Shown: piece by piece, positions 47,215 through 57,060 of the stretch
Numbering within the stretch: position 1 is the stretch's first letter
Layout: every line of letters starts with the position of its first letter
Virus record (IMG/VR): IMGVR_UViG_3300024518_000034
Coordinates: 96,001-160,000 of that record
DNA from: a virus
Direction: 5' to 3' (one strand)
DNA length: 64,000 nucleotides
Notes under the pieces: generated by a model
Told to the model about the DNA's origin: nothing
What the model saw: only the letters and a program-made list of their open reading frames with translations
Database searches by the model: none
Translations under genes and position numbers: made by a program

Positions 47215-47790
47215 ATGAAAAAAACTGAAAAACTGATGAGTGCAGCGGGAATGTTACTTATCTTAACAATTGTATTGTCTAGCTTAACTTTGTCGCACCA
47301 GGCGGTGAAGAAAATAGGAGTACAAAAGAAAGAGTCAACACAGTTAGTATCGCCAAAGGCTTTTAAACCACACTACATTAGAGTAGCAATGGTATATGAA
47401 GGTTTGGTTCATCAACGTTATCTCCTGAAAAAGGAAATGTTGGACAAGTATGATGTTACATTCATTGGAAGATCAATGGTTTTGGGGCATGAAAAAGCTG
47501 ACCCAGATAGAGTAGTTGGAAGAATTATAGCAGCAGATCTTAGATATGATAAAAAGTTAAAAAAGTATTATGTGGAAGGGATAGTGAAGGTTTTAAGTGA
47601 AGAGGCAGTTAAGAAGATTAAGTTGGGATTGTACTATCATGTAAGTATTAGTTGGGAAATTTTAGAAAGGCGGGGTCAAGTAGTAACAAAAATAGAGGGG
47701 ATAGAAGTGTCAATCGTTGGAGCGGCAGCTTCTAGGCATGCTAGAATTTTAGAGATAAGTCAAGAAGAGTTGAAACTAAGTAAGAGGTAA
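47215..47790 (+). CDS. Prohead-protease-fold protein with N-terminal signal/TM segment
   Basis: VLGH...VVGRI, HVSIS, EVSIV.AA..HARI; hydrophobic N-terminus. Confidence 0.55.
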   Translation: MKKTEKLMSAAGMLLILTIVLSSLTLSHQAVKKIGVQKKESTQLVSPKAFKPHYIRVAMVYEGLVHQRYLLKKEMLDKYDVTFIGRSMVLGHEKADPDRVVGRIIAADLRYDKKLKKYYVEGIVKVLSEEAVKKIKLGLYYHVSISWEILERRGQVVTKIEGIEVSIVGAAASRHARILEISQEELKLSKR

Positions 47791-47797
47791 TAAGAAA

Positions 47798-47959
47798 ATG
47801 GCAATGAGAAAAATAGTGGCGGGTAAAGTAAAGTATATTGGTAATGAGGCACCTAAACCTTGTTGCCCTATTTCTGATAAAATTATAAAAGAGTCATTGA
47901 AAGAAAAAGAGAAAAGTGACGATGAAACCACAGAAAAAAAAGATAAGCATACTAAGTAG
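47798..47959 (+). CDS. Possible 53-aa protein
   Basis: ATG after GAGG; fills the gap before the next ORF. Confidence 0.4.
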   Translation: MAMRKIVAGKVKYIGNEAPKPCCPISDKIIKESLKEKEKSDDETTEKKDKHTK

Positions 47960-48302
47960 ATTTCATTCTGCGCAAGAACAGAAGAAGGTAAATGCTGCGT
48001 GGCCACCTACTGGTCCTTTTAGAGATTTAGGACCAGCAACAGGCTACGAACAGCAATGGGAGGCAGAGGAAAAGGAGCGTTCTCGCCAGCAGCAATTGGA
48101 AAGACAAAAAACAAAAGAACAGAATCCAAGAGAAGTTGAAGAAGTTCAAGAAACTCCTGGGTCAGACATATATCAAGACCCTTTATATACAGCATATGAA
48201 AAAATGTTAGGATCTGATATTCTTGGGCCAGAAGAGAAGCAAGCGGTAGAACAGGTTTATAATGAATGGAAACAGCGTATAGTAGATATTGGTAGTATGT
48301 AG
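47916..48302 (+). CDS. Hypothetical protein
   Basis: 128-aa ORF; start uncertain. Confidence 0.6.
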   Translation: MTMKPQKKKISILSRFHSAQEQKKVNAAWPPTGPFRDLGPATGYEQQWEAEEKERSRQQQLERQKTKEQNPREVEEVQETPGSDIYQDPLYTAYEKMLGSDILGPEEKQAVEQVYNEWKQRIVDIGSM

Positions 48303-48313
48303 GAGATAAAATT

Positions 48314-49198
48314 ATGGCAATGTTTAAAACTTGTAAAGCAAAAGTAAAAAGAGTAGACCCCAAACTCTGTGGAAATAGGACGGCACAAGGCTCTAATGAC
48401 ATTTTCAAATGCACGGGACACTGTGTAGGCTGTTACGGAGGGTGCAGGCCTATTTCCAATATAAGAATGGCAGCTTCAGGAAAGAAGGTATGTGAAGTTG
48501 ATCCTGACTACATGTATGTCCATGTTTCTGGTTTACATGGAAGTCAGAAGTGTGCTAACAAAGACCATCCAGGTTATGGGCAATTTTCAGGAAACTCAAA
48601 TGGAGACTTCTTTTGGTGGAACCAAACACTGTTGGCATATAATGATAGATTTGGTATGAGAGCTTTTGAAACATGGAGAGGTAAAGATAATTTAGAAAAT
48701 CATGATGAGAGCCAAGTGATAGGTGATATACCAGATGTGTGGCCATCTATTAGAGATAAGAGTATTGACATGCTGATAAGAACTTCAAAAAGAAGAGCGT
48801 GGTCTATTTGTGAAAGCGTTAGAAAAGGATCTGTGACAGACGTATCAATGGGTACTTTAGTAAATTATAGTTTATGTTCGATTTGTGCTAATAAGGCAGA
48901 AACAGAAGAAGAGTGGTGTGACCATTTGCAGTATGCCAAGGGTCAGTTCTTACCAATCAGCGAACTATCATTGAAAGATAAGATGGAGTTTCCTCAGGGT
49001 AAGTGGAGTTATGAAGATAATAGAGATATCTATGGAATAGAAACCTCATGGATTACGGTAGGTGAGGGAGCAGATGAGGATGCTATAGTTAAGAATTTGA
49101 TTGCAGGAATAGATGCACCAATGGGAAAGCAATTTGCAAGTAAGAAAAATCAAAGTCTTGCAGACATGTATTGGGCAAAGTTTGGTAAACAACACTAG
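48314..49198 (+). CDS. Prohead protease with Zn-finger insert
   Basis: NGDFF, ENHD..VIG, DVSMG..V.YSLCSIC...CDHL, IETSWI...AD..A. Confidence 0.7.
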   Translation: MAMFKTCKAKVKRVDPKLCGNRTAQGSNDIFKCTGHCVGCYGGCRPISNIRMAASGKKVCEVDPDYMYVHVSGLHGSQKCANKDHPGYGQFSGNSNGDFFWWNQTLLAYNDRFGMRAFETWRGKDNLENHDESQVIGDIPDVWPSIRDKSIDMLIRTSKRRAWSICESVRKGSVTDVSMGTLVNYSLCSICANKAETEEEWCDHLQYAKGQFLPISELSLKDKMEFPQGKWSYEDNRDIYGIETSWITVGEGADEDAIVKNLIAGIDAPMGKQFASKKNQSLADMYWAKFGKQH

Positions 49199-49208
49199 GG
49201 GATTATAA

Positions 49209-50273
49209 ATGGCAAAAGTTAGAAGTAGAGTAGGAAGAAGTGCGTTAGGCAATGCGTCCACTAGACGTAGTAATGGTTTCAGAGAGAAGAAATCTGATAT
49301 TGGTGAAAAATATCAAATTCTTCAGAAAGGCGGAAAGATTAATTTTCCAGTAGAACCTGAAGAAAGAGAAAGAATACACGCGCAGGAATACCTAGAGGCA
49401 CAGTTTGAGGATGGACATGGAAGAGCAAGAGAATACGTGGGAAGAAAAGGTGAAGACTACAAGGCTGATACGCCAAAACAGGCTTTAGAATTGTTTCATA
49501 GGGAAAAGATAAGTAAGAGTGAACTTCCAATTATAGCATTTACACTTGGTCTTATAAACGATCCAGACGATTGTTCAGTAAATAAAGCGCTTAATAGTCT
49601 TAAGCAGGCGTCGGAAGGACAAGTGGTGGTCGAAGAAGGATTAGAAGAATTAGTAAGACAAAATACCGGACTGGCTTCTAGTAAAAATCAGAAGCGTAGA
49701 AAAGGTAAAAAGAAAGCGCCTTTGATGACACCCGAGGAAAGATTAGAATATCAGAGAAAAGCCAAAAAAAGAATGAAAGAAGCTAAGAAAAAAGAACTGG
49801 TTTTGACAGGAAAGCCAAAAGTTAGATTTAAAAAGAAAGTCAAGGGGCAGTATAGCAATGAGGCTTATACTGGTAATGGCGGTAGCAGACCAGGAACTCA
49901 CACTGAGGAAGATACACAAATAGAGGAAAAAGGAGAATCGACGCGATACGATGAGCGTCAGCGTAAGTTACTTAAGAAAAAGAACTTACAACCAAAATCA
50001 GACACAGATGGTGCAGTAGAACAATTTAGTGTTGAAGATCCGCGCAATGAAGGATTGAAATCAGCTATGAAAAATATATCATCTGAATTGGATTCTTTGT
50101 CAGTATCTGATTTACAAGATATTAAAGAACAAGTATCTTTTTTAATAGAAAATAATGCAAAAAGCTCTATTGTAGTTAGTGAAGACACTATGCAAATGCC
50201 TTCACCTGAAGACATTGCAGAACAAATAGAGTATCCAGAATTAGTGGACGATTTGAGGAGTAATTTTAATTAA
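49209..50273 (+). CDS. Lys-rich hypothetical head-operon protein
   Basis: 354-aa ORF. Confidence 0.7.
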   Translation: MAKVRSRVGRSALGNASTRRSNGFREKKSDIGEKYQILQKGGKINFPVEPEERERIHAQEYLEAQFEDGHGRAREYVGRKGEDYKADTPKQALELFHREKISKSELPIIAFTLGLINDPDDCSVNKALNSLKQASEGQVVVEEGLEELVRQNTGLASSKNQKRRKGKKKAPLMTPEERLEYQRKAKKRMKEAKKKELVLTGKPKVRFKKKVKGQYSNEAYTGNGGSRPGTHTEEDTQIEEKGESTRYDERQRKLLKKKNLQPKSDTDGAVEQFSVEDPRNEGLKSAMKNISSELDSLSVSDLQDIKEQVSFLIENNAKSSIVVSEDTMQMPSPEDIAEQIEYPELVDDLRSNFN

Positions 50274-52204
50274 TGTCAAAAGCAGAATTGAAAGTAGTGG
50301 AAGATTTAATATCAATGAAAATTGCAGAAAAATCTAAAGCTCTTATGTTGAAGGAAGCTCCTGAAAATATTACTGACGAAGGAAAGTGGACACAAGCGAA
50401 AGCACAGGCTAAAAAACAATACGGAGAAGAGCTTGGTGAAGACAAGTTTTATTCAGTAGTGAATCATATATATCAAAACATGGGCGGCGAATTTAAAAAG
50501 AAAAAGAGTAAGAAGACTACAACCAATAGTCATGAGTGTCCCTGTGGCACTAAGCTAAAGAAAGACGACAGCAAATATGGTGTAAAGCCTGGCTGGTCGA
50601 AATACGAATGCGATGATTGCGGTTATAGTAGAGACTACAGAGACGGTGCCCCAGTATATCAGGCTATAAAAATAGCAAGTAGGTGGTATATATGTGAATC
50701 AGGATTACCGCTATTTTCTTTAAGTGCAGACGATGTTGTCAAAAGTAAAAGAAAAAGCTTTTTGAATATCAAACATGGTCAGGCCATAGCAGAACAAGTA
50801 GCTAGCAAGGGTGCATATAATGCTGTAAAGAGTTGGTTTGTAGACGGTGAAGGTGCAGAAATTTTTCATCCAGGTCTAAAGCTAGCATCGGCTGGTATAG
50901 ATGAATCAGATTATCGCCTTATTATAAGAGATATACTGTTAAATAATCCTTACAAAAGGTCAGCAGCTAAGTCACAAATAAGCTCTGAGTGGTATAGTAG
51001 TTTAAAGCAATTAGCAAAAGTAATGGATTCTGCCGAAAAAGAAGGTGGATTAGAAAAGCTGACACCGGGATATTGGGCAAACAAATTGATGCCTGACGAC
51101 GAAGGCACTGAAAAAGAAGGTGCTGAATATAGTCACTATACACCGGGATGGCAAAAATGGTGGGAAGAAAATTCTCCATTGAACTATATAATACCAAAAT
51201 CAAAGAAAGCAATGATGTATTTAACAGCAGGCCATATTGTAGAAGCACAGATACCAATGCAAACAGATGTGTCTGTGTCTGAACCAGGAATAGAGGCACC
51301 ATCGGAACAGCCAGGAGAGATGGGCGGCGAAGGAGCAGATGCGTTAGTTGGTGAAGAGATGGGTGCTGAGTTAACTGAAGATAAGATGGACCACTCAAAC
51401 ATAGTTGATGCTATAGGCGATGTGTTGGCGACAATACTTGCCAATTCAGATATGCTTAGTGTGGAAGATGTTGTAAATGAAATAAGAGAAGTCTTTACGG
51501 ACGACGATGCAATGTCTGAATTTAGAGGTAAATTAGAAGAAAAAGTAGAAGAGTCTGACAATGATGACATTCAGGAAGACTTGATGAGCGACGAGCCGCC
51601 CGCCGATCAGATGCCAGGACAAGAAGGCCCAGGTCCAGCACCACAGGTAGTGGCAGCAATGAAGAAAGCTGAAAAATGGGAAGGATATGCTAGAAAAGTA
51701 TGGGCCTCTCATGAAGAATATAGAATCAAGAACGATGTCTTAACAGTAGAGGCTAAAAGCCTTAACGAAATTAAGATTGAGAATGAAGAATTGAAGAGAA
51801 TTAATAAGAGGCTTTTAATAGAGAGATCAGCAAAGATTAGAGCGCCAAGAGCAGTTAAGTTAGCTAAGAAATGCTACGAGATTGGCGAACTAGGAGATGC
51901 TGCAAATGATGATCATCAGAGGATGGTTATTAAAGCAAAAGTTGATGAGCTTATGAAACTTCCAGACGATTCGTTCCTAGAAAAAGAAGAAACAATCAAT
52001 AACATTCATTCTAAGATGTTAAGTCAAAAGGCAAATAAGGTGGAAAGTAATGGGAATTCGTTATTGATGCCATTCCTTCCAAATAAGCCTGTGAGTCAAT
52101 CTGAATTGGCGTCTTGGGAACACATGTCAAAGAGGACAGGATCAGCGAAAGCCGATAATGAATTCTATGACTGGAATAGGTCATCGGGGCGTGCCCGATG
52201 GTAA
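50273..52204 (+). CDS. Probable scaffold/internal head protein
   Basis: Acidic, coiled-coil C-terminal half; directly upstream of capsid genes. Confidence 0.55.
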   Translation: MSKAELKVVEDLISMKIAEKSKALMLKEAPENITDEGKWTQAKAQAKKQYGEELGEDKFYSVVNHIYQNMGGEFKKKKSKKTTTNSHECPCGTKLKKDDSKYGVKPGWSKYECDDCGYSRDYRDGAPVYQAIKIASRWYICESGLPLFSLSADDVVKSKRKSFLNIKHGQAIAEQVASKGAYNAVKSWFVDGEGAEIFHPGLKLASAGIDESDYRLIIRDILLNNPYKRSAAKSQISSEWYSSLKQLAKVMDSAEKEGGLEKLTPGYWANKLMPDDEGTEKEGAEYSHYTPGWQKWWEENSPLNYIIPKSKKAMMYLTAGHIVEAQIPMQTDVSVSEPGIEAPSEQPGEMGGEGADALVGEEMGAELTEDKMDHSNIVDAIGDVLATILANSDMLSVEDVVNEIREVFTDDDAMSEFRGKLEEKVEESDNDDIQEDLMSDEPPADQMPGQEGPGPAPQVVAAMKKAEKWEGYARKVWASHEEYRIKNDVLTVEAKSLNEIKIENEELKRINKRLLIERSAKIRAPRAVKLAKKCYEIGELGDAANDDHQRMVIKAKVDELMKLPDDSFLEKEETINNIHSKMLSQKANKVESNGNSLLMPFLPNKPVSQSELASWEHMSKRTGSAKADNEFYDWNRSSGRARW

Positions 52205-52256
52205 GTAACTATATTATGGTAATTTTAACCACCCAGACAAAAGGAGTTAACTTATA

Positions 52257-52760
52257 ATGAGTACAACTACATTTGATCGTGGCTCTCAGTTTGGTGGAGA
52301 CGATGGCTTTGAGATTCTTCAAGGTGGTCAAATTCGTTGGAGTCTTCCAATAGATGAAGCGTCAGTCTTAACATGGCTACGTGGATATGTATTGGAATTG
52401 AAGGCGGATGGTACTGTCGATAAGGATTCTAGTGCAACAAACGGTCTGTTAAAGGGCCTTGCTTTGGAGCGTAGATCACCTGTTGGCGGTAGGCCAGAAG
52501 AAGATGAAACTCTTGGTTCTAAGAAAGCTTCAATGCTTTTGGACGAATCAATTGTACGCACTATTGCGGTAGCATCAGGTATTTCGGTAGCAGTTAATGA
52601 CAAAATGTATCCTAACGGTGCAGGTCTGTTAACTAATGTCGATGCCGGTGGAGCCCCAGTATTGGGTAAAGCGTTGTCATCAGCACTGGGAGACGGTGGA
52701 GCAGGTGGTTCTGGCTCTACGCTAACAATGTTCTATTCGAACCATAGCGTAAGCTCATAA
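52257..52760 (+). CDS. Probable capsid decoration/cement protein
   Basis: 167-aa Gly-rich beta protein immediately before the major capsid gene; AAGGAG RBS. Confidence 0.6.
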   Translation: MSTTTFDRGSQFGGDDGFEILQGGQIRWSLPIDEASVLTWLRGYVLELKADGTVDKDSSATNGLLKGLALERRSPVGGRPEEDETLGSKKASMLLDESIVRTIAVASGISVAVNDKMYPNGAGLLTNVDAGGAPVLGKALSSALGDGGAGGSGSTLTMFYSNHSVSS

Positions 52761-52782
52761 TGATTGAAAAGGAGAAATAGAT

Positions 52783-53637
52783 ATGCCAGCAACACAAGCA
52801 GAACGTGAATATGCATTAGCAAATGCGCTGCGCACTCCCGAAGGTCGTTTCGAGGTTGCGCAAACTATTCTTGAACCTTTCAAGGAAGGTCGAGATTATG
52901 TCGGGATAGGTCGTAAGATTCTATTCGTTGATCAGATTCCTCAAGGTGCCCCAATGTGGTACGACCGTGACCCGCAGTTTAGTTCGGTTACTATGTCACA
53001 ACAGGGAGCAGTACCTGTAGAGGAAATCTTTGGTGAACGTGTTGAACTGACGCCATTCCCAATTGTCCAGTTGATTCGTATCCCTGTTTTGGAAGTTGCG
53101 GTTCGCCGTTTTAACATCCTTGACAGAGAGCAGGTTCGCGCTCGTGCAGAGATGGCTGAGCAGGAAGATACAGAAGTACTAGCTACTCTGTCTTTCGCAG
53201 CTACACGTACAAGTTCGGCAAATGCAGAAATCACTGGGTTCCCAGACGTTTCTCGTGAAGCTTTAGCAGACGCTTTCGCGCAAGTGGAAGATAACGATGC
53301 ACCAGTTGCAAACGTTATAATGAATGCTAAGGACTATCGTGACATTCGTACATGGGACGGTACAGATTTTGATCCAGTAACTAGAAGAGAGTTAATCAAA
53401 ACTGGTTATATGGGTGATCTGTGGAGTGCCGCAATTAGAATTACTAAGAAGCAGACAGAGGGAAGTATCTTGGTACTTGCTGATCCTGAATTCTTAGGTG
53501 TAATTGCAGTACGTATTGATTTGGACCAGATGGAAGCTCCAAATCCTGACCTGTTGGAGTATGGTTGGGTATTCTACGAGTACATCTCGGTTGCTGCACT
53601 TACTGACGTTGGTGCATGTAAGATCACCTTATCGTAA
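52783..53637 (+). CDS. Major capsid protein (HK97 fold)
   Basis: GRKILFVD.IPQG...YDRD, RRFNILDR, EQED, GYMGDLW.A.I; codon bias typical of high expression. Confidence 0.85.
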   Translation: MPATQAEREYALANALRTPEGRFEVAQTILEPFKEGRDYVGIGRKILFVDQIPQGAPMWYDRDPQFSSVTMSQQGAVPVEEIFGERVELTPFPIVQLIRIPVLEVAVRRFNILDREQVRARAEMAEQEDTEVLATLSFAATRTSSANAEITGFPDVSREALADAFAQVEDNDAPVANVIMNAKDYRDIRTWDGTDFDPVTRRELIKTGYMGDLWSAAIRITKKQTEGSILVLADPEFLGVIAVRIDLDQMEAPNPDLLEYGWVFYEYISVAALTDVGACKITLS

Positions 53638-53650
53638 GATAAGTAAAAGA

Positions 53651-53728
53651 AAATTAAATTGGGAGGGAGGCACACTAATCGCGGTGATGTCTGCCCTACA
53701 ATCTAGCCTGTCTCCCTATTTTTAATTT
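53651..53728 (+). promoter_or_regulatory. Structured intergenic element after the capsid gene (terminator/attenuator-like)
   Basis: Outer AAATTAAA..GGGAG/CTCCC..TTTAATTT stem around an inner hairpin. Confidence 0.35.
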
Positions 53729-53751
53729 CTATCCCCATAAAGGTATAACAA

Positions 53752-54654
53752 ATGGCTGACTTATTAGTAAAAAATCAATTAGACTTCTTGAACAGTGTAG
53801 TCGTTGAAGACCCTACAACTGGATTGTTTTCCATGGATTTAACTGGCACTATAGCTGGTGAAAGAGGAAAATTTAAGAAGATAACTGACCTTTTAAATGC
53901 TATTACCGACGTAACCAGAGTTGGTGGAGTTTTAAAAGGAGATCCTCGTATTTCAGGATTGACAGCAGATGTTGCAGATGGCTCTATAACAGATGCTAAA
54001 TTGACAGAATCTTATGTAAAAACAGATGGTAGCAAGCCATTAACAGGAGATTGGTCGGCTGGTGGAAACAAAATAACAGGACTTCCTACGCCATCTGCTA
54101 GCTCAGAGCCAGCCACCAAGGGGTTTGTTGATGTGACAAAGAGAACTTTGGTTCTGCCAGCAAGAGGAGCCAGAGGGACCGCAACATCCGGGGCAGGAGA
54201 TGCATCTGGTTTGCCAGAGAGCAGAGAATTAGCTACTAATGATATAAATATAGATTATATGGCGTTTGATTCAGTTTCAGATGAAACTGCGTCTTGGCCA
54301 CTTTCAATGCCGGATAGTTGGGATGGTGGAGCCATTACTTTTAGAGTATATTGGACTGCTGAATCTGGAACGCCTGCTGAAACAGTTATATGGGGATTAC
54401 AAGTTAGATCTTTTGGTGACGATGATCCGCTAGATGCGCCACAGGGCGTTTCAGTTACAGTTACAGATTCGCTCATAGCGACCGAAGATATGCATATTAG
54501 TGCTGAGTCTGCTGACGTAACAGTTGCGGGTTCACCGGCAGGGGGAAATTATTTGATTTTTGAATTAACTAGGGACACAACTGATACTTTATCGGCTGAT
54601 GCCCAGTTATTGGAAATTCATATAGAATACACTAGCTCTTCTTACGGAGACTAA
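53752..54654 (+). CDS. Probable virion structural protein
   Basis: Fibre-like GDWSAGGNKITGLPTP motif and beta-rich C-terminal domain. Confidence 0.6.
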   Translation: MADLLVKNQLDFLNSVVVEDPTTGLFSMDLTGTIAGERGKFKKITDLLNAITDVTRVGGVLKGDPRISGLTADVADGSITDAKLTESYVKTDGSKPLTGDWSAGGNKITGLPTPSASSEPATKGFVDVTKRTLVLPARGARGTATSGAGDASGLPESRELATNDINIDYMAFDSVSDETASWPLSMPDSWDGGAITFRVYWTAESGTPAETVIWGLQVRSFGDDDPLDAPQGVSVTVTDSLIATEDMHISAESADVTVAGSPAGGNYLIFELTRDTTDTLSADAQLLEIHIEYTSSSYGD

Positions 54655-54657
54655 TAT

Positions 54658-56124
54658 ATGTCAATTAATCAAATTAATTTAGGAGGCTTGAGTTTATCCA
54701 ATCCCAGCGCAGGTGGTGGCATTCCGCTAACAACTGACCTGATCGCATGGTGGGAGCTAGGGGAATTGTCGGGCAATCGTTTTGATTCAACCCTGAACAA
54801 TTTGGACCTTGCCGACAACAACTCGGTGGGCATGAAACCCGCGCCGAGCCCGGCGCTGACCGGTGCGGCCCATTTCACTCTGGCTAACGACGAATACCTA
54901 AGTCACGCCGACGACCCGTTGCTTTCGACGGTCGGTAGCTTTACTTTCTCGGCATGGGTTCTGGCTGATTCGCTTCCTGCGGGTGCCGGCTCTTTAGCCG
55001 TAATCGCTGGCAAATGGACAGGCACCGGATCGCCCCGAGAGTGGCTACTCTGTTACAACAAGGATACCAATAACTTCCTGTTTGAGATGTACGAAACGGG
55101 CGGGAGTGTAACCGGCCAAGCGTTTTCAACCTCATTTGGGAGCCCCGTAGTTAGCACTTGGTATCACGTTGTTGTCCGGTATGACAGTACCGGGACATGT
55201 AGCATTCAAGTGGACAACGGCACCGAGGACGTGGCAGCCCTAACCGGAGCCGACCCAGGGGACACCGCAGCAGTATTTCAGCTTGGAAAAGCCGGCACCT
55301 CAGTCAGCCAATGGGACGGCAAAATCTCAAACGCGGGCTATTGGAGCCGCGTACTAACGGAGGAGAATGTTACCGAATTGTATCAAGGTGGGTACGGTCT
55401 GGCCTATCCGTTCTCTACAACGCCGGCCCTAGCTGCTAGTCTTGAGGGGTTCTGGGCGTTGGATGAAACGAGCGGCGTAAGATCCGATACAAGTGGCAAC
55501 GCCAGGGATCTTTCCGACTTCAACAGTGTAACGGGAGCCGTAGGCGTAAGCGCGTCCACTAACCTATTGGCCGCGCAATTCACTAACGCCAATTCGGAAT
55601 ATTTGGCGGGCGCGTTGGGAGATTTTGATCCAGCCGCAAACTGGATGGTCTCCTGTTGGGTTTATTTAGATAACAAATCAACAACCCAATTCCTTATTGG
55701 GAAGGGCGCGATAAATCAAAAATTCTGGCACATTCGGTATGATCTCGGATTGGATCGGTTTGTGTTTTTCACAAGCCCGAATGCGGTCATAAATCAGTTG
55801 GTAGTGGCCAACAATTTCGGGTCGCCGCCTATCGGGACTTGGCTGTTCCTGCAAGCTTTCCACACCTTTCAGGGAAACACGCTTGTTGGTTCCGAAAAGT
55901 ATCTATCTGGCATCCGGGTAAACGACGGAAAGCCTGACGTGATTGACGCGGGTTCGTCGGGCGGGCATCCAGCTTGGGGGATTTCTCTCGGCGGCGGTGT
56001 TCTCGGGACTAACGCCTATTCGGACGCACGCATGGATGCATCAGGAGTCTGGAGCAAGGATCTAACGGGGCCTGAGTGGGCGCATTTGTATAATGGTGGA
56101 CTTGGAAAGGAGCACCCCTTCTAA
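54658..56124 (+). CDS. Tandem LamG/concanavalin-A-like domain virion protein (probable receptor-binding)
   Basis: Two copies of L.(A/G).W.L.E.SG.R.D...DL.D.NSV...A.F...N.EYL; WYHVV. Confidence 0.8.
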   Translation: MSINQINLGGLSLSNPSAGGGIPLTTDLIAWWELGELSGNRFDSTLNNLDLADNNSVGMKPAPSPALTGAAHFTLANDEYLSHADDPLLSTVGSFTFSAWVLADSLPAGAGSLAVIAGKWTGTGSPREWLLCYNKDTNNFLFEMYETGGSVTGQAFSTSFGSPVVSTWYHVVVRYDSTGTCSIQVDNGTEDVAALTGADPGDTAAVFQLGKAGTSVSQWDGKISNAGYWSRVLTEENVTELYQGGYGLAYPFSTTPALAASLEGFWALDETSGVRSDTSGNARDLSDFNSVTGAVGVSASTNLLAAQFTNANSEYLAGALGDFDPAANWMVSCWVYLDNKSTTQFLIGKGAINQKFWHIRYDLGLDRFVFFTSPNAVINQLVVANNFGSPPIGTWLFLQAFHTFQGNTLVGSEKYLSGIRVNDGKPDVIDAGSSGGHPAWGISLGGGVLGTNAYSDARMDASGVWSKDLTGPEWAHLYNGGLGKEHPF

Positions 56125-56528
56125 TGCCGTTGCCTCAAGCCATAATTGATCGGGCTGATTCAGATTTAGCCGAGTTAGATGCACAATTAAGTGATGGCGA
56201 AAAGCAAGATGAAGTATTAGCTGCAGAAGGCAAATATCTTCAAATAATCAGCGGCATGACTGAATTGCCTAAAGATGGGGAAGCTGAAGCTGTAGATGAT
56301 ACAGCTAAACCACTTGATCGACTGACAAGCCCGGCGGATAATAATATTATTAGGCAAACAAATAGTACTGTTTCTACCTGCGTAGATGAATATTGTTCGA
56401 AAAACGGACGCGGGTGGGGGTATCGTCAAGAAGTAATTATATCAGGTAAAATCTGGCTTAGAACGCAGTGGGTCGTTAATCCTGATAATCAATCAGATTT
56501 ACCTTGGACTGAAGTTTTAGACGTATAA
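56124..56528 (+). CDS. Acidic partner protein of the LamG gene
   Basis: TAATG coupling to the LamG gene. Confidence 0.65.
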   Translation: MPLPQAIIDRADSDLAELDAQLSDGEKQDEVLAAEGKYLQIISGMTELPKDGEAEAVDDTAKPLDRLTSPADNNIIRQTNSTVSTCVDEYCSKNGRGWGYRQEVIISGKIWLRTQWVVNPDNQSDLPWTEVLDV

Positions 56529-56531
56529 TAA

Positions 56532-56687
56532 TATTTGTCCAGAAAGTGGGGGATCTCGATACCACGAAATACGACGCTGTCTCAAGGGGACTAATATATG
56601 TCAATTAATCAAATTAATTTAGGAGGTTTGGGCCTATCCAATCCTAGCGCAGGGAACGGGCTGGAATACCCATTTGTAGCGCCATGA
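56532..56687 (+). pseudogene. Remnant junction: YLSRKWGI...QGD* tail plus 29-aa mini-ORF MSINQINLGG...GLEYPFVAP
   Basis: Mini-ORF 56598-56687 copies the LamG gene leader and ends in a LamG-terminal-like GLEYPF. Confidence 0.55.
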
Positions 56688-56757
56688 CCCATATATCGTA
56701 TAAAAAAATGGCATAATTTGATTACCAATGGTATTGTATAATAAGAGAGGATAAATA

Positions 56758-57051
56758 ATGACGGCACCAAATAGATCATTTGATAAGTTTTTTAACCAAG
56801 ATAGTAATCCTTTGTCTGGAAATTATACTATGTTGAGCTTCGACAGAACCATGGATGGACATCAGATAGTTAATGATGATTCTAGTTTAGATCTAGAAGT
56901 ATCATATACTGGCGGACCAGTTCATTTTGTTGTTAAGCCTGGTGAAGATCATTCTTATGACGAGAGAAGAAGAAATAAAATATATTTAAGAGAGGCTGGC
57001 GGAACAGATTCTGGAATTTCCTATAGGGTATCGTCTTGGTCAACAAATTAA
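56758..57051 (+). CDS. Hypothetical virion-region protein
   Basis: GAGAGG RBS. Confidence 0.7.
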   Translation: MTAPNRSFDKFFNQDSNPLSGNYTMLSFDRTMDGHQIVNDDSSLDLEVSYTGGPVHFVVKPGEDHSYDERRRNKIYLREAGGTDSGISYRVSSWSTN

Positions 57052-57060
57052 TATTTTAAT

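Larger units (their letters stand above)
54649..56653. repeat. 65-bp direct repeat (first 38 bp identical) flanking the LamG cassette
   Basis: 54649-54713 vs 56589-56653, 5 mismatches. Confidence 0.9.

Noticed and set aside
47934-47941. Programmed frameshift at the A8 run fusing 47798 to 47916
   Set aside because: A -1 shift hits a stop at once; a +1 fusion is possible but has no supporting signal.
33687-56653. Diversity-generating retroelement template/variable repeats
   Set aside because: The repeat pairs are identical or differ at non-adenine-specific positions, and no reverse transcriptase is in the window.
54649-56653. Invertible shufflon
   Set aside because: The repeats are direct, not inverted, and no invertase is visible.
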